64,000 nt of DNA, from NCBI GenBank assembly GCA_002633005.1, contig NMRA01000051.1, positions 1,039,298 to 1,103,297 on the forward strand, in the 5' to 3' direction. The position numbers and the translations under genes are program-made. Under the pieces are notes generated by a model, which made no database searches, was not told the DNA's origin, and saw nothing but the letters and a program-made list of their open reading frames with translations. The stretch is from Phoronis australis. Taxonomy: Eukaryota; Animalia; Phoronida. This document shows positions 12,929 through 23,907 of the stretch, in pieces. Position 1 is the first letter of the stretch. Every line of letters begins with the position of its first letter.

Positions 12929-15900
12929 GTGGGTGTACTGATGGTTATTGATTTTGTATGCTTTAGCAGGAGTCATAGTGTAGTGCAAATTCTGTGTACT
13001 GTTTTTATCTTGTAAAAATTTCAGAATTGTGGATGTAAGGTGAAATAAATTCTTTTTTCGCAATGTGTGGCGGAAATTAAATCTTGGATATGACCATTGA
13101 CGAAGACATTAACAAGACCCTTAAACTGTTTCATGAAAGCCTCCATTGAACTGAATATGGTGTTGGTGTTTTTATCTTGAAGGTATTCAGGCTTTTTAGG
13201 ATGGTGTTTTATTTTCAGTTTGTAAATAAAATAAGAATGCTCAGGTTCAACGTTGATCTCTTTCTAGACACGGCCATGGCCATCAACACGGCTATGTATG
13301 AACAGAACGGTCTGTGTGGCTATGTACTGAAGCCCAGGGTCATGTGGGACAAGGTGCATGTCATGTACACGCGATTCAACCCATGGGACAAGGAGTTTGA
13401 TGGACTGCACTCCACTTCACTCACTGTCAGTGTAAGTTCACCATTAGGATGCAGAGTGACTACGCGCATGTATGTGTATGTGTTTTGATAAAATTGGATA
13501 TTAACTGTTGGGCCAAAAAAGCAGAGTTGGTTCTGGTCTCTACCCGACTGATTTTAAGATCTGTGTAAAAAGACGCCTGCCCCATGAATTTCAGCCAAGC
13601 AGTCGTGCAGGTTTTTTTGAAAGCACCACAAAGGCATGCAAGCAGTGTTTGAAATGCCATGATTTGCCGAACGTTGAGTAAAAATTTTTTAAAATTCAAA
13701 TCAGCATCATTTTTGCTTACTACATGTGGATTTTCTTTTTTTTTGAAAAAATGAGCAAGTTAATAAAATACTGTACCATTTACTGCATTTTTCATTTATG
13801 TTTTTTCATATTCTTTTTATAACACAATTGCACTGTGATCGACTGGAAACGTGTCAAGTGGATAAGTTTTATGCAACCAGCCAAGGTAAAGCTTTAACAA
13901 TATTCATGCATGTATTTTTCATCTGCAGGTGATCTCCGGCCAGTTCCTGTGTCAACAGAATCCTCAAGGTAACTCCATGGTGGAGGTCGAAGTCATCGGT
14001 ATCCCCGTGGACTGTGCCAAGGTTAAGACGAAGGTCGTCAATCGTAACACACTGAACCCCATCTGGAATGACACGTTTACATTCCCAGTCATGTTTCGTG
14101 ACCTGGCCTTCCTGCGCTTCACAGTGACTGATGTCACTACCAGTCACATGCTGGCACAAAGGGTTATAGCACTGAACTGTATCAAGCCAGGTAAGTTGGC
14201 AAAGGGTTTGACTTCTGGAAGGAGATGACAGAGAGGCTGTGTGGGTTAAAGCCAAGAGCGCCTCTCTGAATTGACATGGAGATGTCTGGTTTAATTTGTC
14301 TGTCTCATGGTCCAGGGTCTTGCAGTTGTCGAAGAACACCGGCAGAGAGTGGTACCCAGTCAGTCTTCAATCCCCAGTAGAAGGAGTCAAGGGGCTCTGC
14401 ACTATCGGGAAATTTTATGTTCTAGAAATCATCATTTATAAGGTTTCACATCTAATTAATATTCATCTGTATGGATAATATTGTACATCGTTGAACTAAG
14501 CCTTTCTCCCTGGTACAACCTGCCTCAAATATCCTCAGGGTGATAAGATTCTATTTCTGTTACCAATAAGAGTTTCAAAAACCTCCAGTGACTCAAAAGG
14601 CTCCTTAGTTTATTGGTGTTGGCTTGCCTTAAAATTGCGAATTTAAAAATGGCACATGTACGCATTTCTTGTGACTTGAATTTCTGACGAATTCAGCAAA
14701 ACCTCCAAGACCAAATGAGCATGGTAATCTTTTAAACCTCAATCTTAGTGCATCAGTGAAGAATTTAGCAATGACAGCCAAACGACAGTAAATGCCACTT
14801 TAAGTTTGTATCATTTTGTTCTGTTATGAAGGAAAAGTTAGTTTGTTGAAATCAATCAGGGGATCTTTAAGTTTTCTATAAACTATAACGTAGAAAATAA
14901 ATCTGAAACTAAATAAGGCGATCCAGATCCTCCCAAGGATACTATTGTTTCACGAAACTGAAATAAAGTGTTTGATTTTACTTTATATCTGTTTCTGTTG
15001 ACAATTATTAGGACGTTATTACATCCAAAAATTTCAGTTGATCCATTCTTGTTGTTTTATTTACCTATTTATATTCTATAAACTATAAAAGTTTTGTTAT
15101 ATAGACAAGAACATATTAATTCAGTTGGATTATAACAATCCCTGTAGTTAACAGCAAACCACTCTTTTTATTTGTTGTTGATTTTTTGTAATGTTTTTAG
15201 AAAGTTCCAGTGTTGGTAACTGTTCAAGTTGATGTATAAGTAAAAGTATTGATGATAATAATACAAAGAGAACCATAGAATCATGAACTAAATATTTCTT
15301 GTAACTTCCATTTACCTTAGGTTACCGCCATCTACAGCTGCGCTCGCCTTCCAACCAGCGGTTGCCATTGGCGACACTTTTCATCTTCACCAAGCAACAG
15401 GAAGAAGTGATCGAGTTGAACTGCAGCAGTTCAGACAGTCCGGACGGGGGTTCTGTGTCTAGGAGAGTACAGTCACTGTTTGGCAAACTGAAGGACCCCC
15501 GGGATGGAGAGCATGCCAGCAACAAGGAGGTGGGTGGACTTGGGGTTAGTGGGATCTGTAGTCACCAGTCGGAATAGTCCATGTCTGGGGGGGGCAGTAG
15601 ACCTTGGCAATTTTTGAAATACGGGGGAAATGAGAGCATCACTGGCATGTAAGTTACTAGTAATTGTATGGACGATGAGTCAAGTGACCGGGAACCAAAA
15701 GGGTCTGTAGAAATAGTCCACTTCTAGAGGGTACAGCATTTGGTCCCAGACAGAGGGTTCAACTTTTCTCATAATCCGGTCCAGACCTTCTCAACATCTT
15801 ATTGTTGTATTAAAATATTTATGAATGACTGCAATTTTTTTCTTGCTGGAGATGAGTGGAGAAAGTGTTTATTAAATGCATTTTAAGCGAGGGATACAAA

Positions 15901-18900
15901 ATATACTTAACCTGAAGCAATGAAGTGAGCAACCTAATGTCTTGCTATGTTTCTGGGGATTGGTCTCATGTCCTTATGTTAAAGTATGGATCTTTTTTCG
16001 ATATCCTATTCAATCAAGTTTCGTTTATTTCACCAGCTGCTGAATGTTCCACCTGTGAGACTACAACGGCGTATGTTCTTCATCAGTGTATTTGGAGTTA
16101 CCTCCCATGACGAATACACCATACTGAAGGTAACTCAGGAGAGTACAGTGTCTGAAGTCATCAGTCAGGTAAGTGTCTGTAATGTGCTGATATCGGTCAC
16201 TTGCATTTGCTATACCTTAATCCGTTTTTATTAATTAAAATACCGAGATGAAACTCAATTTGAGACATCGTCAAATTACTTTAATTCTCATTTTGTAATT
16301 AGTAATTATTATGTCATAGAATTTGGCTTTCTATGATGCTGTGTGGATATGAATGATTGAGGGGTGATGGTGAGGATTTGAGGAGATGTTGGCTACACTC
16401 ATTACCATACTCTTGTACAGAGCAACCCGTTCTCAATCACTATCTTATGGGAGTTAATATGCCTATATGACATCACATTTCTCCAATATTTGTTTGTTCA
16501 AGGTGTACTCAGTTGCAGTCATAAGATGTGTTAAAATCAAGGCGCTCAATCTGTAAAGATTATACAGGCAGAAGCTGTCTGGATACAAAAGAAACGATCA
16601 TGATTCTTTAATTATTCGTATCAGTATACAAAAGTTAGTCTGTGTTGCATGTATTTAATCATCCGCATCAGTATTTGCACTTGTATGAAAACCAAATGTA
16701 ACCATCAATTGAGCCAACACTAAGATTTCTGTAAGTTCACCGAAACATCAGACTTTCGTATAGTTATATTCTCAAATGTGAATCACAGCCTGGGGTCTAA
16801 TCTGGTTACTTAAAATCGAGTTCGAAATTATTTTTAGCATTTTCTATTCCATTCTTGTGCAAACTCAAGACAAGTGTCTACTATTTGATATTCGAGTATA
16901 TGATGGCTTACATCGATAATTGTCTTGTAATCCTAGTTTTCACATGATGACTCCAGCATTAAGGCTTAAAGTTCGAGTCTGAGTCAAATTTTCGAGGTTT
17001 TACTTGAAATCTTGAGGTTTTATTTGACTTTGTAGTTCGAATGTTATGATCAAGTGCGATCTTGGACTAGAAACTCGTAATGCTTAAACCATAAATGTAT
17101 GTACAACTAGCCACTTATCTTGAATCCGCACAACGTAGAACAATAATTTCGAATTCGATTTCTAATGCAAAGATTAGACCTAGGTCCCAGATTATCTAAA
17201 ATATCGTGTTTCCTTTGTATTTGATGCTACTGTATGAATTTGTAGTAGCAGCAACACAACATGTATATGTTTCAGGCACTGGTCAAGGCTGGCCGTGCTG
17301 ACGAGAAGGTGTTTGACTATGTTCTGATGGAGGAAGTACAGCCAAGTTGGGAGAAGAAAGACAAGGATAAGTCTGGGAATCAGAGAATCCTGGAGATGAG
17401 TGAGAGGGTGTTGGCTTGTCAGTGTCGCTGGGTGGGCAGTGGCAAGTTTGTGCTGAAGAAAAAGGGAAATGTAAGTGAATAGTATAGTTATACCACTGCT
17501 GTACCCTTTGGTTGTAGTGAGGTGGGGTGATGGATTAAGCTAAATGTGCTCTGGAAATTCCTTGCATGGGGGTATTGAGGCCTTTTAAAGTGTTGTCTAT
17601 TTCTGCCGCATTTACACGAGAGACAGCTGACATGCCGCAACTAACATGGAACAGCTGATGGAGTAAAAGTGTGTGTGTAAACACGACTGACATGGAACAA
17701 GTGACACCGCGGCGGCCAGTTTTTGACACTGCTTTGATAGGTAGAGTGAGTTGGCACTCCATCAGTTGCTCCAGTTTCTACTGCACGTCTAAACACAACT
17801 GGAAAGGGATCATGTTTCAAATAACGCACTTGTGCAATTGTGTATATTGGGGTGATCAGCTGGCAGTCCACGTGTTTTGGACATTTACTATTGTTTATGT
17901 GAGCATGCGCACACAGTCTTCATGTAAGTGACTCATGCTGATCCAGATTGCGATCTAATGTTGTGTAAATGTGACTAAAGTGGAGCAAGCCGCGGTGTGA
18001 CAACTGACATGGTGACAACTGTCTCTCGTGTAAAATCGGCTTATGGTAATTGTTCACTTTATTTTGCACACAAATCATGGTCAAAATTATAATTGTTCTA
18101 TTTTTTCAAATGTTTATTACCTCACGGCAAATAATGGAAACTTGATTGTAAGCTAACAGGATAAATTTTTCGTAATCTCGATTTTTGTTGAGAAATTTGA
18201 GGAAACTAAATTCACTTGTGTACCGTATTGTGTGCTAAATAGGTGAAAAATATCTGTACTCACAAATTGTCTTTTGTTAGAGCTGGCTATATAATTAGGT
18301 GGATTTATGGGGGCCATGCCCCCTCCCCCTTAAACGCACCAAAAACGCATCAGCTTTCAATTTTTAGTATTGACTACAACATCCTGTCTTCAAACATTCT
18401 ACTTTTTGGGCTCGCCATGCAGAATTCTCCCAGTGGTCTGTGTCAACTTCAGCCTCAGACACCGTACTGCTCTCCCTGAAGTACGTGTAACCTGACACTG
18501 TCCTTAACATTGGTCTATTTTCTATCATAGTATTGTATCGTCAGTTCTTCCGTAGTCAGGGAGTCACTCAGTCTGATATAACTTACCAAGACAGTTGAGC
18601 CAGCAATCCTTTTGCAGTTAGCAGTTTTAGACTAGTTTGTAACTCCATTTGATATCCATCCATTTCTCTACAGCTAACTCTGAATCATCCACACCACCTG
18701 GTGTTTGAATAGCACAAACCATTAAAAAGTTTACTTATGATTGCTTATTTTCATTTAGGGATTGAGGTACAGAGATGGTAGTTAGTGATGTCATTAGCTG
18801 TCTGTACCCTTAAAGCAAAAGACTTGTTTGTGACTGTATAACTTTTTGTTGAGTCTAGATTTCTATTCTTGTTGGTGTACATAACCCTATGAATTTGGAA

Positions 18901-21900
18901 ATAGTTCAAGTAACGTGTTCAATTGCAGTATTTTGAGAATAGTCAGCTTTCATTAATCCGTTTCCCTAAACTCTGTAGGACCCTAGTACACGAGCTTGGA
19001 TGACAAGTATGATGACCAGAGAGAGTGTGAGGGTGAGTTGTCTCAGTTTACGTTTGCTTAGTTTTTATGGGACTGCATGTCGTCATTTTTTCCTCGTGTC
19101 CGGTTAGCCGGGTGTCCAATTGATATCTTAAAAACCCGTAGTCGGGTTTTGATGAAATTTGGCACGAGAGCATCACTAGAACGGTTCAATTGGCCCCACC
19201 CCTGGAGTTTGGGGGCTTGGCTTTTTCAGTATTTTGGAAAGAGGACTTAGTGATCATATCTAAAGAATGGATTGACGGATTTTAAAGAAACTTGACGCAC
19301 AGGTATATGATATCAATGCAAAGACGTCATTAAATTTTTGGAGGGATTCGACCACTACAGCACTTCGTAGTGACAAGGAGCTTTTCAAGTGTTGTTTAGG
19401 GGAATGAAATTTAGAGCACCAATTGACGTATTTCAATGAAACTTGACATAGGCGTATCATGTGAATGAGCCGACACCATTTGGTTTTCGGGCGAATGCAA
19501 CTACTGCAGCATCTCCAAGTGGCCATTTTGTGTGACTGTTTCAGAATTATGTGTTAGAAATGTTTAAAGGATTTTAATGAAAGTTGACTATGAGGTATGT
19601 GATGCCAATGCACCCGGATACCATTAAATTGTTGGGTGGATCGAATGATTCCAGTACCTCCTAGTGGTCGTTTTGTTTTCGACAAGGGGGTTTTGTATTT
19701 TGTGGGGAAGAGTGTGTCCTTGATGATACCTAGAGAGCTGATTGATGAAACTTCATACAGAGGTATATGATGCCAATGCTAGCACCATTTTATTTTTGGG
19801 TGGACTCAACCACTGAACCACCTCCTTGTTTTCTACAAGGGCTTTTCAAGTGTTGTGTGTGGGAAGAGCAATTCCTGGGCAATATCTAAAGAACCAATTG
19901 ACGGACGTTAATGAAACTTGACACAGACGTGTGATGACAGTGTGGCAGACCATTTGTTTTTGGAGTGATATGACCACTGCAGCATCGTGACCAGCTTCTT
20001 TCCACGTGTTTTCGGGAGAAGAATGTTTTCAAATGATATCTAGAGAACCTATCGGCGGATTTCAGTTATTGCATAGATGTATATGATGACTGCATGTGCG
20101 CTTGCAGCATTTGATTTGCGGCCGTATTTGACTACTGTAGTGCCTCCTAGTGGCCATTTTGTTCTTGACAAGAGATTTTTTAAGTGTTGTTTGGGGGAAG
20201 AGCATTTCCAGATGGTATCTAAAGAAGTGATTGACGGATTTCAATGAAACTTCACACAAAGGTATATGATAATGCGCCGACACCATTTGATCTCTGGCAG
20301 ATTCGACTACTGCAGCACCTCCTAGTGGCTCCTAGAAAGTAACGCATCGTTTGTGATGCACCGTGGTCGCATGTCAACCCCCTCAGCGTTGATCTTATTG
20401 TAGTATATCTGGCATTTTTAAACCTTTTCCTGCCGAGCAACAACTTGATTGAAAAATGCAAACAAATATGACATATCTCTTCAAATTAGCACCAGGAAAG
20501 TCTGAAATTTGAAGAAAGGTTCATATCACCTCTTTGTCATATGTTCTGTCCGTCTTTAATATTGGGTTGAAAAGTCATTCCTGGCTTGGCTATTTAAAAT
20601 CCATAGGGGGTAATCACAACAGTTACCTTCTCTGAGCCAGGAACATAAACCCAGTGTTAAGCTGTATTTGCATACAGAGGCCAACTGAGACAGTTGTATG
20701 TCATGACTAAGAGTAGGGTTCACAAAGAGCTACTTTCACTGACCTTGAATATCAATTTGAAATTATTGTCTATTCCCAGTGAAGGACACCCATGATTTAG
20801 AATTGTCTCTCAAAATTCTTATAGCCACGATATGGTAGTTACCCCTTCCAAGCCCAAAGTGATTGCAACCCGTAAATACCATGCAGAATGGCATTACACC
20901 TGCAACAACTCGATAGTAGCATATTTACAAGATTGATTTCTCCATAACTTTTCACTTTAAACATATTTCTAATTCTACTGTAAAGCTGAAACCAACTGCT
21001 CGCCTCGTGGAGAATGGTCATTATTGCGTCACATTACTGAACTATTCAAAAACAGGTCACTACATGTTTTTGAATTTAGTCAGGGTTTTTTAATGGAAAT
21101 CCCTGAGGGCCATTTTCGAATATCCAGGGCTGGTTAACCCCAGTCACATCCATGATTTTAAGACGTGTTTCTTTACCTGTTGATGGTTAGGATTTCATTA
21201 GTTATTAAAAAACTCCTATTTAGGTAAGGAAAGTTTTGAGACCAATTTTATGAGAGTAAAAAGTCTAATTTGATTGTCGTCCTTTAGTCACAGACCTAAA
21301 CAAGGCGAAATACAGGTTTAAGTTCCAGAAAGTAACCTATATCAACCTTTTAGAACTTTGTTTCAGTTTCTTCTGATGAGTTAAAGATGATTGAAAACTG
21401 TTGTGACTTAATTATTTCAGCGTCGAGATGACTCCAGTCTAACGTCANTTGAGCATGAGCCGAGCGCGTCTCAGCCAAGGTGGATAAATACGGTCTAGTT
21501 CAATTTTCCATACCCCGCCGTTTACCTTAAACACCGGGGTTAGAACCAATTTTATTTAGTGGGAATGTTCATAGCATGCTGAGGGCCATTTTCGAATATC
21601 CAGGGCTGGTTAACCCCAGTCACATCCATGATTTTAAGACGTGTTTCTTTACCTGTTGAGGGTTAGGATTTCATTAGTTATTAAAAAACTCCTATTTAGG
21701 TAAGGAAAGTTTTGAGACCAATTTTATGAGAGTAAAAAGTCTAATTTGATTTTCGTCCTTTAGTCACAGACCTAAACAAGGCGAAATACAGGTTTAAGTT
21801 CCAGAAAGTAACCTATATCAACCTTTTAGAACTTTGTTTCAGTTTCTTCTGATGAGTTAAAGATGATTGAAAACTGTTGTGACTTAATTATTTCAGCGTC

Positions 21901-23907
21901 GAGATGACTCCAGTCTAACGTCAGGAGAGGCCCTCAGTGAATGGCAGAGTGAAGAGCAAGCGTTCCTAGTGTGTGTACATAATGTGTCTCTGGAACAGCC
22001 CTACACCATATTTAAAGGTATAGTCCTTGGTAGTGTGTGTACAGGAGTACAACATATGTTATCCATCTGTAAAGTTATCCTTATGTGGATCAGCCATACA
22101 CCATAGTTAAGGATATAGTCCTTCCGAGTGTGTGTTCATAATATGTTGCTGGAACAACTCCAATAGCCTGTTAATAGACAACATAGCTTTGTAGAACTAA
22201 AATCTTGTTTGAACGCATAGCAAAGCAATGCACCAAGTCGAGACTGCTCCCACCCCTAATACTAAGACATATCTTGACCTCACAGTCTAAAGAGAGGGAC
22301 ACATTACTATGTTCATGCTCAGTGTTGTGCTAATATGAAAAAGATTCGAAGACACGGATATCTTTTGAATATTAGTTGCTGGGGAGCAGCTAAGTCTCGC
22401 AAGTTCTAGAAGCATCGTTAACCTCTTTCCTTACTCCTCCACAGCTCCTACAACCAGCACTGCTCAGGACATCATAACTCATGCCATGGTGAAGGCACGG
22501 CGACCCGAGGACCCAAGGTCGTACGTGCTGGTCGAGGAGTTACAGGAGATGGACACATCTGGGGATGGGAGGGGGAACAGCGTGAGGCGTAAGGGGAGCA
22601 GTAGGCAGGAGTGCAGGGTCCTGGGCGACACGGAGAACGTGTACGAGGCGCAGAGGCAGTGGAATGTGACTGGCAGGTTCATCCTGGTGGAGAGGTCAGA
22701 AGCAGAGGTGAGAGATGTGGGCTGTTTATGTCATGATGAGGGAGCGAATGAGATATCATAGTGAAAATATCTGAGAACTGGACCGGCTTTGCTAGAGTCT
22801 TGTATTGGTAATACTGCACGAAAAAATGATTGTAGGAATGACTTTTTCTGACATTGTTCGGATTTTACCGTAATGGTTTTTGTTTCACACTAACTTTTAT
22901 ATTTTAGAGAAACAAGAAGTTGTGCATGTCTTCCAAGTCACCAGTATCAAAAGTCAACTTTGCTCTCAAGTTGAGCAAGCTTCGCATGGATCGCAGTAAA
23001 AGTCTGAACAGGTTTCCACAAAATGGAGTTGAAAACAAGGGTGAGCATCTTTGTACGCGCTTTGTGTGGTGTTTGGACTCTTGGGTTTCCTTCACATAAC
23101 AAATGGATTGCTTGGTTGTTATTATTTCTCATGTCTGTATTTTTGGTTGAGTAACATCATAATCAGTTTTGGTTGGCTCTTTGTTTGCAAGAGGTGTCTA
23201 CCCTGTCTTTCACGGAGTGGTTGAGGGTTGCAGGTCCTTTGAAACACATAGTTTACCCATTGTTGAAGTTTTGCCTTCAGATGTCATCATGACACTCATT
23301 ACGGGCATGGCTATTCAAAACTCATAGGGGGTAATAAAACAATTATCTTCTCAGCCAGGACCATGAACCCTTTGTTACAATGTGTTTACTTGCATAGGCC
23401 AACTGGTGCAGTTATATGACTAAGAGCAGGATTCTCAAGGAACTACTTTCACTGACCTTGCATGTCAATTTGAAAAGGTCTATTGTGTGTGAAGAACATC
23501 CATTGATTTACAAGCGTCCACAAATACTAGGCCACTAGTTGTCTTATATTTTTCCCATCTGGTACCATCATCTATTGAGTCAGTAAAACTGAATAAATGG
23601 CCGCCATCTTGAGTAAGCTTCCTGTTTCTCTGTCACAATAACAGACTTAAACGTACTACCTATTATTAAATTCAGAAATGGAATGTGCTTTCTCAGCTGT
23701 ACTGACTTACAGTACATAACACACGAGCGTCTAAATCTGCATTTACTTGTTTCAGAGGACAATCGGCCACGGCCTAAGACATTCCCACAAGTGGATGTTA
23801 CACAGCAGGATGTTGAAAACGGTGAAACACTGAACACTCCTAGCGAAGCTCTTCAGTCGCGATCTGTGTTCAGCAGGCTATCTCACAAGTTCAAGTGGGG
23901 AAAGTGA
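12804..23907 (+). CDS. PLCE1: Phospholipase C epsilon (1-phosphatidylinositol 4,5-bisphosphate phosphodiesterase epsilon), 3' part, 11 coding exons
   Basis: Y-box ([16 protein letters not shown]...VALNYQT; [13 protein letters not shown]), C2 (VISGQ...NTLNPIWN...GYRHLQL) and two Ras-association domains, an architecture diagnostic of PLC-epsilon. Exon lengths 125/164/262/209/132/195/54/121/263/133/152 give a continuous frame. The 5' part lies upstream of the window. Confidence 0.93.
13268..13431 (+). CDS. PLCE1: PLC-epsilon exon (end of Y domain)
   Basis: TTTCTAG| (D)[28 protein letters not shown]...LTVS |GTAAGT. Confidence 0.92.
13929..14190 (+). CDS. PLCE1: PLC-epsilon exon (C2 domain)
   Basis: CTGCAG| VISGQFLC...[12 protein letters not shown]...[11 protein letters not shown]...CIKP |GTAAGT. 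Confidence 0.93.
15321..15529 (+). CDS. PLCE1: PLC-epsilon exon (end of C2, linker)
   Basis: CCTTAG| (G)[22 protein letters not shown]...SNKE |GTGGGT. Confidence 0.88.
16037..16168 (+). CDS. PLCE1: PLC-epsilon exon (RA1, N-terminal part)
   Basis: CACCAG| [44 protein letters not shown] |GTAAGT. Confidence 0.88.
16794..17180. mobile_element. MITE with ~40-bp imperfect terminal inverted repeats
   Basis: GGTCTAATCT...AAATCGAGTTCGAAATTATT matches the reverse complement of AATAATTTCGAATTCGATTT...AGATTAGACC. Confidence 0.6.
17276..17470 (+). CDS. PLCE1: PLC-epsilon exon (RA1, C-terminal part)
   Basis: TTTCAG| [21 protein letters not shown]...[29 protein letters not shown] |GTAAGT. Confidence 0.9.
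17605..18040. mobile_element. Harbinger-like MITE
   Basis: TIRs GCCGCATTTACACGAGAGACAG ... CTGTCTCTCGTGTAAAATCGGC followed by TTA; internal CTGACATGG-like subrepeats. Confidence 0.6.
18979..19032 (+). CDS. PLCE1: PLC-epsilon 54-nt exon (RA1-RA2 linker)
   Basis: CTGTAG| [18 protein letters not shown] |GTGAGT; phase 0-0. Confidence 0.8.
19063..20400 (+). mobile_element. Helentron/HINE-like non-autonomous element with an internal array of ~150-180-bp degenerate tandem repeats
   Basis: Recurrent ATTGACGGATTT(T/C)AATGAAACTT...CCACTGCAGCACCTCCTAGTGGCCATTTTG units; T-rich start; 3' hairpin TCAAC-n9-GTTGA (20374-20392) followed by CTTATTG. Confidence 0.6.
20588..20830 (+). repeat. Dispersed ~230-bp repeat, copy 1 (copy 2 at ~23309-23540)
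   Basis: Both share GGCTATT..AAA..CATAGGGGGTAAT, AGCCAGGA, GGCCAACTG, ATGACTAAGAG and CTACTTTCACTGACCTTG. Confidence 0.65.
21897..22017 (+). CDS. PLCE1: PLC-epsilon exon (RA2, N-terminal part)
   Basis: TTTCAG| [41 protein letters not shown]|GTATAG. Confidence 0.88.
22445..22707 (+). CDS. PLCE1: PLC-epsilon exon (RA2, C-terminal part)
   Basis: CCACAG| (A)[31 protein letters not shown]...[31 protein letters not shown] |GTGAGA. Confidence 0.9.
22908..23040 (+). CDS. PLCE1: PLC-epsilon penultimate exon
   Basis: ATTTTAG| [18 protein letters not shown]...GVENK G|GTGAGC; phases fit both neighbouring exons. Confidence 0.75.
23309..23540 (+). repeat. Dispersed ~230-bp repeat, copy 2
   Basis: Aligns by eye with 20588-20830. 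Confidence 0.6.
23756..23907 (+). CDS. PLCE1: PLC-epsilon terminal coding exon
   Basis: TTTCAG| (E)[11 protein letters not shown]...[12 protein letters not shown] then TGA at 23905-23907. Confidence 0.78.

Noticed and set aside
21103-21923. 345-bp direct duplication including an acceptor and the first 27 nt of a PLC exon
   Set aside because: Copy 1 ends exactly at an N (21448) and I saw only two differing bases; most likely overlapping allelic contig ends, not a real exon duplication.
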